NCBI GenBank assembly: GCA_951406725.2
Contig: OX597823.1
Span: 39,928,001-39,992,000 of the forward strand
Direction of reading: 5' to 3'
Source of the DNA: Octopus vulgaris
Taxonomy: Eukaryota
DNA: 64,000 nt
Below, piece after piece: positions 24,366-36,378 of the stretch (its first letter is position 1; each line of letters begins with the position of its first letter). Both the position numbers and the translations under genes were made by a program. Under the pieces are notes generated by a model. It saw only the letters and a program-made list of their open reading frames with translations. It was not told the origin of the DNA and searched no databases.

Positions 24366-25298
24366 AGAAAATAGATGTAATAACAAGGGAAACTTGTGGT
24401 TTTCGCTGGTATGTCTTTAATTTAATTAGATAACAAAGAAGGAAGCAAAGATAAAGGATGCTACCTTCATCTTTGCTTCCTTCTTCTTTGTTATCTAAGT
24501 AAATTAAAGGCATACCAGCAAAAACCACAAGTTTCCCTTGTTATTACATCCATTTTCTTCTATATAACATAAACTACGGTTTACCATTTTCCTAAATTGT
24601 TAGGTAAAAATGAAACTGAGTATGCTTATTTCTTAGTATTTGAACTGTTAGAGTTATTTTCGAAATTTATCCAGTACAACCATTAAACAAGTAAATGGTA
24701 TTTTCCTAAACAATAGATCCACTTATTTAGGTTAGTCATTTATTCATGAATATACCAACACTAGCATCCACAAGGGTAATATTCTCTGGGAATGCACAAA
24801 GGCCCTTTTCATAGTTATTTACTTTGAATTGTTATTATCTCATATCTGATTAACCTATTATTACATAACATGTTTCATGATTGTAGTATACATATCTTAT
24901 TAGTATTTCCTCCTATGTTCTATATACTCTGGGAATGCATTAAAGCTCCCTTTTGGGGCTACTTTATGAATTCTTACTATTGGGTAACTAATTTCATGTT
25001 ATTACATAACTGACTTCACAATTTGGGTATTTATAACTTATAGGGGGATTCCTAAAAACAAGATCCTGCGTAAGACAGTTTGGTATTCTCTGTAAATGCA
25101 CAAAACCATTTTAAGGGCTACATACTTTGTAATGTTATAGGATTAGCGAAACAATAATAAGAACAGGACCAAGGGATAAGCCCAGCTTTCCCTGGAATTA
25201 CTGGGTATGTCAGCTAGTATGCACACACACACACACACACACATATATATACACACACATACATATATGTACATACACACACACAACACACATACATA

Positions 25299-26514
25299 CA
25301 GGGTGCAGTGAATAAATTGTCGTCTAAATTATGCAAAAATGAAAATAACACTGACGTCTCATTTTGACAGATATATTTACCAAAATTAAAGATATCTTGA
25401 AATACTAAAGAGTAAAAGGGTAAAGACCCCCTTCGGTCATGAATGACCATGGGATTGCACCTAGAAAGTTACCTTCCTAGATACAAGTCCGGGCAAGGTT
25501 GTCTATGGAAGGCCAGCAGTCGCCCATGCATACCAGCCTCCCCTCTCCACGCCACCAGTGTTATCCAAGGGAAAGACAAAGGTCGATAAAGCTTGGCACC
25601 AGTGACGTCGCAACTCATTTCTACAGCTGAGTGAACTGGAGCAACGTGAAATAAAGTGCCTTGCTCGAGAACACAACACGCAGCCTGGTCCGGGATTCGA
25701 GCTCACAACCTCACGATCGTAAGCTCGACGCTCTAACCACTGAGCCATGCGCCTTCACTAAAGAGTAAATTCAGTAAAAAAAAATCATCATTGGCTTCAA
25801 CCATGGCTTCCAGAAGACTTTGGAGTCCCCTGCAATTCTTCTGGATTGTTTCCTTGTTTAAGTTGGTAAATGCTGCCATAATCCTTGCCTTCAATTCAAC
25901 TTTGGTGTTACAAGGAGTTTTGTTGGTCTCTTGCTCAACTGCACCCCATACATAATAATCAAGGGCTTCAGTCAGGGGAGTTGGGTGGTCAGATGTTAGG
26001 GGTGATGTGGTTGCAGAAATTGTCTGACAGCAATGACTGGGATCTCCTGCTTTTGTGGCATGGTGCTGAGTCATGTTGCCAGACACAAGGTCTTCCAGCA
26101 GCCACCTTCTTGACCAAGGGCAACACTACCTCCTCTGGGCACTTGATGTAGGCCTCGTGTTGAGTCAAACGATGTGTGGGAAGATGAATGGAAGCATAAT
26201 GTCACCGTCACTAGTGACCACTCCAAATGCCATGATGTTGACCGGATGATTGATTTTTATCACTCTCAGTACATGTCCTCAGTGTGACATCCAAACTGTC
26301 TGTAATGTTTGTATTGGAGCTTTTGGCGTGAATGCCAAGCCATACAGCATGTCATTTCCAAATTTCTGGCAGAGTGAATTGCGTCGTGATTGCTGTTTTT
26401 CTCACAGATGGTGCCCGACTGACCCTGCTATACCGTGTAGTTGATAAAATCCCAAATAAACAATGCGCATGCACAAAATAAAAAAAATAAAATGGCGATG
26501 ATTTACCTATTGCA

Positions 26515-26518
<4 letters not shown>
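25299..26518 (-). mobile_element. Second DD37D (maT) copy in inverted orientation, with a SINE insertion
   Basis: Homologous to 20495-21986 over its length; ORF 25733-26086 contains LDYYVWGAVEQETNKTPCNTKVELKARIMAAF; TIR TA|CAGGGTGCAGTGAATAAATTGTC. Confidence 0.85.
25417..25756 (-). mobile_element. Full-length tRNA-derived SINE (family D) with perfect 13-bp TSD
   Basis: Head GGCGCATGGCTCAGTGGTTAGAGCG...GAGCTCGAATCCC (Pol III A and B boxes); TSD ACTAAAGAGTAAA at 25404-25416 and 25757-25769. Older or partial copies at ~1900-2010, 8385-8720, 31509-31650 and 57180-57315. Confidence 0.9.
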
Positions 26519-26570
<52 letters not shown>

Positions 26571-26837
26571 TATAAAGTACATATGTGTGTGAGTGTGTGC
26601 ATGTTTGTAGGTCCTTGTTTTGACACCATGTGACAGTTGTAAAAAAGGTTCACTTTTATTCTTTTTCAATATTCTGTGAAACCATGTCTAGCCATGGGAA
26701 AATATTACCTTGCTTGGAAACAGGTGAGAGCTGGAAACGAGATAGGCATCAAGCCATAGACAATAGATCTCAAACTCTGAGAGAGAGATAGATAGAAAGA
26801 TAGATAGATAGATAGATAGATGGATAGATAGATAGAT

Positions 26838-26887
<50 letters not shown>

Positions 26888-27417
26888 GCTCATTAACATG
26901 AAGCTGATGACAAAAAGCAATAAACCACGATGAATTTATTTACATTTCATTTGAGTTATTTTCCAAAATGCAAGAAAAAGAAAACTTTTTTTTTCTTTTA
27001 ATGAAGTGTAGAAATACTGAATAATTCTTCCACTTATCTGTTTTAAAGAATCTTGATTTCAGTAACTTTATCTCTTTATCTTTGCAATTGATTCTAAGTA
27101 TGTAATAAAGGGAGAAGATACCCAAGGAATCAACATTGCTAACATTTTCTTCCCACTCCCACTCCTTCTCCTCCCCCCAATAAATTCTCCCCCCTCCCAC
27201 CTCACCCACTGAACAGTTCTTAGCTGCTGATTCTTTAGCTACACACACACACACACACCATGCTATCCTTAACCCAAAACAAAATGCTGCAGACTGAAGA
27301 ATTACAATCAGCCCTTCTTCAATCATTCATTTGAACCCTATTCAGAGAAGGCCATTTATGTAATTCTGCCTGTTTCTAGTTTGTCTTCTTCTCTGTCTTG
27401 TAATAGCAACTGTAGTG

Positions 27418-27507
<90 letters not shown>

Positions 27508-27759
27508 AGAGCAGTAGCAGCAGCAACAGCAGCAGCAGCAGCAACTGTGGCATCGGGGGGGGGCCCCAGCAGCAGGAGGGAGTGGTGCTTACGTTTCAAC
27601 AGATATGTGAAATGTAAGACAACTCAAAGAGTTTTCTGCATCATCACATAAAATATGTACTTAGTTTCTGTGTGTGTGTGTGTATACAAGTATTAGAAGA
27701 GGAGTGAGCCATGTGGAGAGAGAAAATGAGTACACGTATGTTATTATATATAATATATA

Positions 27760-27990
27760 TTTCTTTATTGCCCACAAGGGGCTAAACATAGAGGAGACAA
27801 ACAAAGACAGTCAAAAAGGGTTTAAGTCGATTATATCGACCCCAGTGCATAACCGGTACTTTATTTATTGACCCCCGAAAGGATGAAAGGCAAAGTCAAC
27901 CTCGGCGGAACTTGAACTCAGAAAGTAACGGCACATGAAATACTAAAGCATTTCGCCCAGCACGCTAACGTCTCTGCCAGCTCGCCGCCT
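27760..27990 (-). mobile_element. SINE family B with perfect 23-bp TSD
   Basis: TATGTTATTATATATAATATATA at 27737-27759 and 27991-28013. Confidence 0.9.
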
Positions 27991-28016
27991 TATGTTATTA
28001 TATATAATATATAGAT

Positions 28017-28374
28017 ACTCTTTTACTCTCTTTTACTTGTTTCAGTCATTTGACTGCGGCCATGCTGGAGCACCACCTTTAGTACTTATTCTATCGGTCT
28101 CTTTTTGCCGAACCGCTAAGTAACGGGGACATAAACACACCAGCATCGGTTGTCAAGCAATGCTAGGGGGACAAACACAGACACACACATATACATATAT
28201 ATACATATATACGACAGGCTTCTTTCAGTTTCCGTCTACCAAATCCACTCACAAGGCATTGGTCGGCCCGGGGCTATAGCAGAAGACACTTGCCCAAGAT
28301 GCCACGCAGTGGGACTGAACCCGCAACCGTGTGGTTGGTTAGCAAGCTACTTACCACACAGCCACTCCTGCGCC
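28017..28374 (-). mobile_element. SINE family A (small internal deletion)
   Basis: Match to 14625-15093. Confidence 0.88.
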
Positions 28375-28534
28375 TATAATATATGCATATATATAATATA
28401 TAACATGTATATATAATATATGCATATATATAATATATAACATGTATATATAATATATAAAAATCTGATTTGGATAAATCTCTAATCTTTTTCCAACTAT
28501 ATATAAATATATATATATATTTATATATATATTC

Positions 28535-28875
28535 ATTTATGAGTTTGTGTTGCAGGATACCTGATGTGAAGTCGTGTGTTGAAACAGATATTGTTGTATT
28601 TTGGGACGGTCATTTTTCTTTTTGTTAAATAAACACATGCACTGTATATTTGTTCTTCACTAGTTTATTACTGTTCCTATTCTAACTCATGTCCATTGTC
28701 TGGAAATCTTTTGTCACACATCTGTGACCTCCTCAGTAACACTTTCCATCTTTGTGTGTGCTCTTGCTCCACAACATTTTCCGTCTTCGTGTGTGCTCTT
28801 GCTGTGAAGAACGAATATATACTGTGTGAGTTTAATTAGCAAAAAAAAAGAAAACCATGGTTATCCCGTTATACA
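28535..28875 (-). mobile_element. (TA)n-embedded pLTR-like fragment with decayed hammerhead core
   Basis: Minus strand 28740-28697 reads CTGAGGA-G-GTCACA gatg TGTGAC-aAAAGATTTC; the GAAA appears lost by CpG decay. Confidence 0.4.
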
Positions 28876-28878
28876 ATA

Positions 28879-28910
<32 letters not shown>

Positions 28911-29227
28911 CCAATTAAGGACTGAACACGAAAAAGTGGACAGTCAACATGCTAGATATAGACGTCAAATCACCATTCCCCACAAAAGATTATGTTCTCA
29001 GATCAAACTCAACACCAACCCAAGCAATAAACAAGTGAAAATATACGAAAAATAATACTCATCCATGTACTGAATCAGTTTCGACTATTATTATCCATAA
29101 GGATACCCGTGACTGTCCACTTTTTCGTGTTCAGTCCTTAATTGGTATATATAAATATTTATTCTTCTGATTTTTTTAATATGTTAGACCACTGGTTTTA
29201 ATTGATAAATATTGATTTCTACCCTTA

Positions 29228-29259
<32 letters not shown>

Positions 29260-29264
29260 ATATC

Positions 29265-29452
29265 TCGGGCGACTTCCTAGTGTCATCCAACAGCACCAGA
29301 GACCTTGGAGTAATTGTTGATATCAATCTAAGGTGGAGTTCCTACATAAACAGCAAGGTTGACTTGGCCTGCAAGATGTGCTCCTGGATTCTGAAAACTT
29401 TCCGGTCTAGAGATGCCTACACCATCACCCTTCTCTGCTCTACTTTTACCTA
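29265..29452 (+). mobile_element. CR1/L2-group LINE ORF2 fragment (post-RT region)
   Basis: TRDLGVIVDINLRWSSYINSKVDLACKMCSWILKTFRSRD. Confidence 0.8.
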
Positions 29453-30245
29453 ACTGTTGAGGAACTACCAGAGAAGCTTGGATTTGGTCATTTAACCATT
29501 CATTGACACTGGCGTGCCATCGGAAGAGTCAGCAAATTGGGTCAATGGGTTCCTCACAAACTTTTTGAGTCTAGTTGCATGCAGAGATTGAATGTGTGCT
29601 CTTCTTTGCTGTCACATCTCATAAATAAACCTTTTTTGGACTGAATAGTGACTGGCGATGCAGAAATTGGTTTTCTATAAAAATGTCAGCTGCTGAAGAC
29701 AGTGGGTAAGGAAAGGAGAAACATCAGCACCATAGGCTAAAGAAGGTCTTCACCCATGTAAGGTGTTATCATCTGTTTGGTAGGATATAGAATGTTTAGT
29801 CCACTTTGAGCTTTTCACCCAAACCAAACAATAACAAAGGAGATCTACTGCGAGTAGCTTGAGTGGCTTAAGTCAGTGCTAGAAGAAAAATGACCACTTT
29901 GGTTTCAAGACAAAAGGTATTCTTCTATCAGGATAATGCTCAGCCATATACAGCAAGGATCACATTCCAATGGCTGGAGCAGTTTGACTGGGAAACGATG
30001 TACCACCCACCATATTCGCTGGACATTGCTCCATCTCATTATCATTTTATTCCATAGTCTTCAAAATCATGTGGATGGAAAAAATATAATAGACAATATT
30101 AGCGCATGGTTCCACAAGAAAAACTGAAGGACTTCTGCAATAAGTGTGTGAACCTGAGAAGAAAATATGTTGACAAAATCATAATTAATTAATTCTCCTG
30201 TATTTTCTTTTACCCAAATCCAAGAACTTTTCAGTACACCTCGTA
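29452..30245 (+). mobile_element. mariner transposase remnant (same family as 12845-13375) joined to the 3' end/TIR of another mariner family
   Basis: LGQWVPHKL, IVTGD, QDNAQPYTAR, HPPYSLDIAPS; ends ...GAACTTTTCAGTACACCTCG|TA. Confidence 0.82.
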
Positions 30246-31241
30246 ATCAACCCTATCTTTTCTTCTAAAATTTGAGTAGCCATGTTGGTGCCTCTATATC
30301 CAAAATCTTGTTCTGATGTGATCCCTTCTCCCATACTTTAACCCCTCGATCTCTTAGCATAAATCCACTTCCCTTGGTGTTTGTAGTCTTGCAAGCTACA
30401 TGGTAACTTCATTAGTGCTCGTGGCATGCAAAAAAGGTACCCAGTCCATGCTGTAAAGGGGCAGGTGTTAGGAAGGGTATCCTCCGGCTGTAAAAACCAT
30501 ACCAAAGCAGACACTGGAGCACAATGCAGTCCTTGGGCCTGATGCATCACATCAAACCATTCAACCTCCCAACATGAGAAAAGGGATGTTAAATTATGAT
30601 GATGTTAATGATTATGATTATGATGATGTGTGTAGTTCCACCCCTGCACCTTGCTTATTATGCACAAAAAAATTAATCAATACAACATCTAATTGTTTCC
30701 CTGCTTCCCAGACAATGCAAACCATGCCATTACCTCCACAGACATTAAAGTCTTGTCAGGATTAATACAACTTGACTACCCATTGTTTATGTTAGGACCA
30801 AACCAAATAAAACCTAATCTAACACTATAAACTTTAGTTATAAAAACAAATGCAAAAATGTCTCAAATATGATTGATTATATTGTGTTGTCTTAACAGAT
30901 TAGCCAGCTCTAGTTTCCAGTATTTAGTCTTCAAAATAATATCAAGAATAGATATGAGTGATCATGTACATCCCTCAAGGATTCCAACAGCTTTCATAAA
31001 AAAAATTACTTTTTACACCTATTTTTAAAACCATCTGTCAGTGTACACGCTTTATCTTTAAATCTTTCCCTCTGTTTCTCAATACACACCTCTATACATG
31101 TAATTTTACAAGATTTATATGATAAATCATGCTAGCATGTGAGGATGTGTTACAAACTATCAATGAATAAAGCCTACATACACATACAGGGAATTATTAA
31201 GCACACAAATATAGGCATATACATACAAATACGTACATGTT

Positions 31242-31276
<35 letters not shown>

Positions 31277-31779
31277 ACACACACAGACACACATACACAT
31301 GCACAGATAAATAAATAGTGTGTCAGTATGTGTATATACACACTTTAAATACACATACACATAAATACATAAATGCACACACAAACATATATACAAATAC
31401 AGAATTTAAACAGTCTCTCATTTGTAAAACTTCATTTCTGAACAACATTCTCACTAGTATATTTGTTCACTAATACAAAGCCAGACATTTTTAAGTGACA
31501 GTTAGTCAGAGGAGTGGCCTAGTGGTTAGGGGTGTTCAACTCATGATCATAATGTTACAGGTTCAATTACTAGACTAGGTAGTGTGTTTTATCTTTGAGG
31601 AAGGCACTTTATTTCAGGTTACTCCAGTCTATTCAGCTGAAAATGAGTATTAGATGGCACTGGAATAGCTCATTCTCTCTTTCTCTCGCTTCAACAATCA
31701 TGTTCTGGATATGCAGCTGGATCAAATGGTAGAAGTTGACCAAATATATCTCCAAAGAGACTCATGATTTGTATGATCA

Positions 31780-32085
31780 TCTGTGTGCTTCCATATGTGG
31801 TTGTTAGACCCTCTGTGTTTCTTCATATAATTCTGTTAGGCCCTCCATGTCTCTGCATGTGACTCTGTATGGCCATCTTTGTTCCCCCCACCCCATGTAG
31901 TTCTGAAAGGCATGTAATTATGTAAGGCTCTCTGTGTTTTCTTATGTAAATCTGTAAGGCCATCTGTGTCCCCTCCTCTTATTTTGTAATGCTCTCTGTC
32001 TCTCCACATGTCATCCTGTTAGGTCCTCTATGTCTCATCATGTAGTTCTGTATAGTTGTCTGTGTCTTGGTAGTTCTGTAGTTCT
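31780..32085. repeat. Degenerate ~32-bp minisatellite (about 9 units)
   Basis: Units such as CCCTCTGTGTTTCTTCATATAATTCTGTTAGG, CTCTCTGTGTTTTCTTATGTAAATCTGTAAGG and TCCTCTATGTCTCATCATGTAGTTCTGTATAG. Confidence 0.7.
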
Positions 32086-32933
32086 TTATGAAACAGAAGC
32101 TTTGCAACAAAGCAAAAAAAAAATCTATTTCCATGCAGATATTATAATTATTGATTTCAATTATTGGCTATTTGTTAAGAAGCTTGTTTCTCAGTTCTGG
32201 GTTCAGTCCCACTGCGTGACACCTTTGATAAATGTCTTCTGCTATAATCTCAGGTTGATCAAAACCTTGAGTGGATTCGGTAGACAGAAGCTGAAAGAAG
32301 ACTGTCATGCGTGTGTGAGTGTGTGTGAGTGTGTGAGTGTGTGTGAGTGTGTGAGTGTGTGTCTATATGTGTGAGTCTGTGTGTCCGTATTTCCCCCTGT
32401 CACCACTTGACAGCTGGTGTTGGTGTGTTTATAACTCTGTAACCATATTTGTTCAACAAAAGAGACTAACAGAATAAGTACTAGGCTTAGAAAATAAGTC
32501 TGGGGGTCGATTTGTTTGACTAAAATTGCTCAAGGTGGTGCTCCAGCAAGGCCTCAGTCAAATGACTGAAACAAATAAACAAATAAAGAATAAAAGGATA
32601 AATTCTGGCACAAGTCCAGCAATTTTGGAAGAGGGGTAAGTCAATTACATCAATCCCACTGCTCAACTGGTACTTATTTTATGGGCCCTGGAAGGAGGAA
32701 TGATAAGGTTGAACTTGGCAAAATTTGAACACAGAACGTAAAGACAGACGAAATGTCACTAAGCATTTTGCCAGGTGTGCTAATGATTCTGCCACCTCAC
32801 TGCATTATAATTATTTGTGTGTGTGCTGTCATTCCAGCTGTGTTGACACATCAGATTTCAACCAAAATGTCAACCTAAGGCATGTCATCTCCGGGTGGTG
32901 GTGGTAGTGGTGGTGGTGGTGATACTACTACTA

Positions 32934-32966
<33 letters not shown>

Positions 32967-33736
32967 TTACTCTGTTAATTGTTTGAATAATATTTTATGG
33001 CATTTATAGGAATATAAAATCAACTAGGTTGTGTTTCAAGGAGTCTTTCAATCAGAAATGTAGCTGGTTCTATGCCTTGAGGGGATTTGATAGAAGGAAA
33101 CTGAAAGCTGCATGCATTTATGTTGTGTTTGTGTGTATACCTGTCTTATCTTGGTATTTGCATGACAGTAAAAAAATCATCTCCATCACACAAGTGATGA
33201 TGCTGGCTTCCAGTCTTCCATTACAAAAAAAAAAAAAAACATGCCTGACCATGGGAAAATATTACGCTGCTTGAAAACAGGCGAAAGTTGGTGACGGGAC
33301 AGGCATCTGGCTGTAAAAATCTTCTTCAAAAAATTCTATCTGACCCATGCAAATTTGGAAAAGTGGACATTAAACAGATGGTGACAATGAGGTCATTTTT
33401 GGGTCAGTTCATTTCTGTCTCAATATTTATGCATTGCCGGTGGCACGTAAAAACACCATCCATTCGTGTCCGTTGCCAGCTCGCCTGGTCCCCGTGCGGT
33501 GGCACGTAAAACACCATCCGTCGTGGCCGTTTGCCAGCTCTGTTTGGCACCTGTGCGGGTGGCACGTAAAAGCACCCACTACACTCACGGAGTGGTTGGT
33601 GATAGGAAAGGCATCAGCCGTAGAAACACTGCCAGATCTGACTGGGCCTGATGAAGCCTTCGCTCACAGACCCAGTTGAACTGTCCAACCCATGCTAGCA
33701 TGGAAAACGGACGCTAAATGATGATGATGATGATGT

Positions 33737-33774
<38 letters not shown>

Positions 33775-36378
33775 TGAGCTTCTTACAGTTTCCATTAACC
33801 AGATTCACTCACAAGTTTCGTCAACCTGAGGTTACAAAAGTAGAATCCATATATATAGTGCAGAACAGTGAAACTGATTCCAAAACCTTGTGGTTGTGAA
33901 GCAAATTTCTTAGCCACCAACCATGCATTGATTTACATTTTGATTTAGTTTCTAAAATGTTCTTGATACAGATACAGTTTTGACACTACACGGGGTATTT
34001 CAAACTAATATCTAGAAAAAATTCCATTGTTAATTAATTTGTTATAATCTGCATCTACTGTCTAAAAAGAAATAAAAGTCAATAATTTAAAGGTAAAATA
34101 ATTAAAAAAGATCAGTGATGGACCTTAACAGGCTCATTAGTTTGAAGCTTGTTCCAGTTTCCATGGTATAGAAGTATCTGATACAGCACAATTCTCCTCC
34201 TCTATCACCCTGAATGGAGAAGCAATCCATGGCAGGTCTAATCTCCAGCTATTGCTGCTGGAACTCGTCTTCAGTTGAGTGAAGCACTGAAGCAACATAT
34301 ATGATCTAAGTAATCCTCACAGGTGAGATTAGTTCTGGAAGCATTGTTGTTAAAGAGATAAAAGCATGATAATCTGACAGTGTTTTGGGCTATTTCTTAA
34401 AGTCAACTGGTGTTACTTTTTGTACAAGTTGATAGAATGTAGTTAAAAACTAGTAGTTAAAATGGAATGTATGATTTTTTTTCTCTATAGTTAATTAAAG
34501 CCATCAATTTTCTCTGTATTAAGTTCAGTAGTGTGATTGTAGGATATGGTGGTCCAAATCCATGTTGGGATTTGGAGAGGAGGAAATGTGCGAATTACTC
34601 ATCATCATCGTTTAACGTCTGCTTTCCATGCTAGCATGAGTTGGACGATTTGACTGAGGACTGGCGAACAAGATGGCTGCGCCAGTCTCCAATCTGATCT
34701 GGCAGAGTTTCTATGGTTTGATGCCCTTCCTAACGCCAACCACTCTGAGAGTGTAGTGGGTGCTTTTACGTGCCACCGGCACGAGGGCCAGTCTGGTGGT
34801 ACTGGCAACGGCCACACTTGAAATGGTGTTTTTTTACGTGCCACCTGCACAGGAGTCAGTCCAGCAGCACTGGCAACAACCTCGCTCGAATGTTTTGTTC
34901 ACGTGCCAGTAAGGTGATGCTGGTAAGGATCACACTCAAATGGTGCTTTTTACATTCTCACTGACAATGAAGCCAGACAGCTGCTCTGGCAGTGATCCCA
35001 CTCGGATGGAGCTGCTAGCGCTCCACTGGCATGGGTGCCAGTCATTGAATTTGGCTCAATAAAAATGAACCTTTCTAGGATTTTCTAAGCTGATGGATCT
35101 GAATAGTGATACTTCACTTGCATTTTTGTAACTGTTTAAGATTTTGGAAACTTGACAATGTTGGCACCAGTAGTTGTAGAGATTAAGTAAATGAAATGGT
35201 TCCTTCAGATATTTTAGATGTATGCTGGTTATTTTACTTGAGTTTGTGAGGATTTTAAGCTTTTAGATTTCCCTATGGCTTTTTGGAGATTCCACATGAA
35301 AGGAAGGACTAAAATAATAATCAAGATGGTCAGTGTATCTTTTTAATACTTTTGGGTTCCTATAAGGTGGTGAGCTGGTAAAACCACTAGCATGCCAGGT
35401 GAAATGCTTAGCAGTATTTTGTCTGTCCTTACATTCTGAGCTCAAAAACTGCTGAGGTCAGCTTTGCCTTTCATCCTTTCAAGGTCAATGAAATAAGTAC
35501 CAGTTGAGCACCGAGGTTGCTGGTCTTGTGCTAAAATTTAAAATCAATGCTTTTGTGTTCCTATCTTTTGGGACTTGATTTAGAAATTATATTGTTTTCT
35601 CTCTCCCTCCCTCTCTCACATCCATATAAATAGAAATATAGAACCTTTAAACTAGGAGACAGATAGACAGATTTAAGGCAGACCAGAAGTAGAGCAGGCA
35701 TTTCAATGATGGGGTCATCGTCATCACCATCATTTAGCATTCATTTTCCATGCTGGCATAGGTTGGACAGTTTGATTGGTAAGCTGGGGAACTGCACCAG
35801 GTTCCAATCTGATTTGGCATGGTTTCTACAGCTGGATGTTCTTCCTAATGCCAACTACTCAAAGAGTATAGTGGTTGCTTTCTATGTGCCGGTTACATAA
35901 CAGCCATGACTACGATATCACTAGGCTTGACAGGTATTCTCAAACATGGTACACACACACACACGCATTTAGAAATTAGGAAATTTCCAATGCAAAAAAA
36001 TCTCAGCTTATCTTTTAGTCTATCAAGCAACATGTAAAGCTTAGAACCATTGGCTTATGTTTAAGTAGGTTGAGTCTCTAAGAGTCAAGGATTTTAAGAT
36101 TGGATTGCAAGTTAGATCCTGTCTATTTGAAATAAATTTTATATTGGGTAATGAGAAGACAAATCATGAGAATATGTGAGCTGGGGTATTTCTGAATATA
36201 ATGATTCCTAGTTCAAATTTTATTGGAATCGTATGGAAACCATTTAAATAATTATTGTTACAATAACAAAATCAGTTTAATAAATTATATAAAAAAGGCT
36301 TGGTGTCCAATTAAAAGATGTCCCATGCATTGTCATGGATAGCAACAAAAGAGCTTTGACTGACTAACCAAATAATTA

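Noticed and set aside
25685-25756. tRNA gene (Val-like anticodon loop CTTACGA)
   Set aside because: No acceptor-stem closure or T-run terminator; it continues into a SINE body bounded by a 13-bp TSD.
27585-27660. Minus-strand donor-like AAC|gtaagc as the end of an upstream exon
   Set aside because: The phase-1 frame has an upstream TGA and no ATG; nothing else supports an exon.
31780-32085. CRISPR-like array
   Set aside because: Eukaryotic context; the units are contiguous and degenerate, with no unique spacers and no cas genes.
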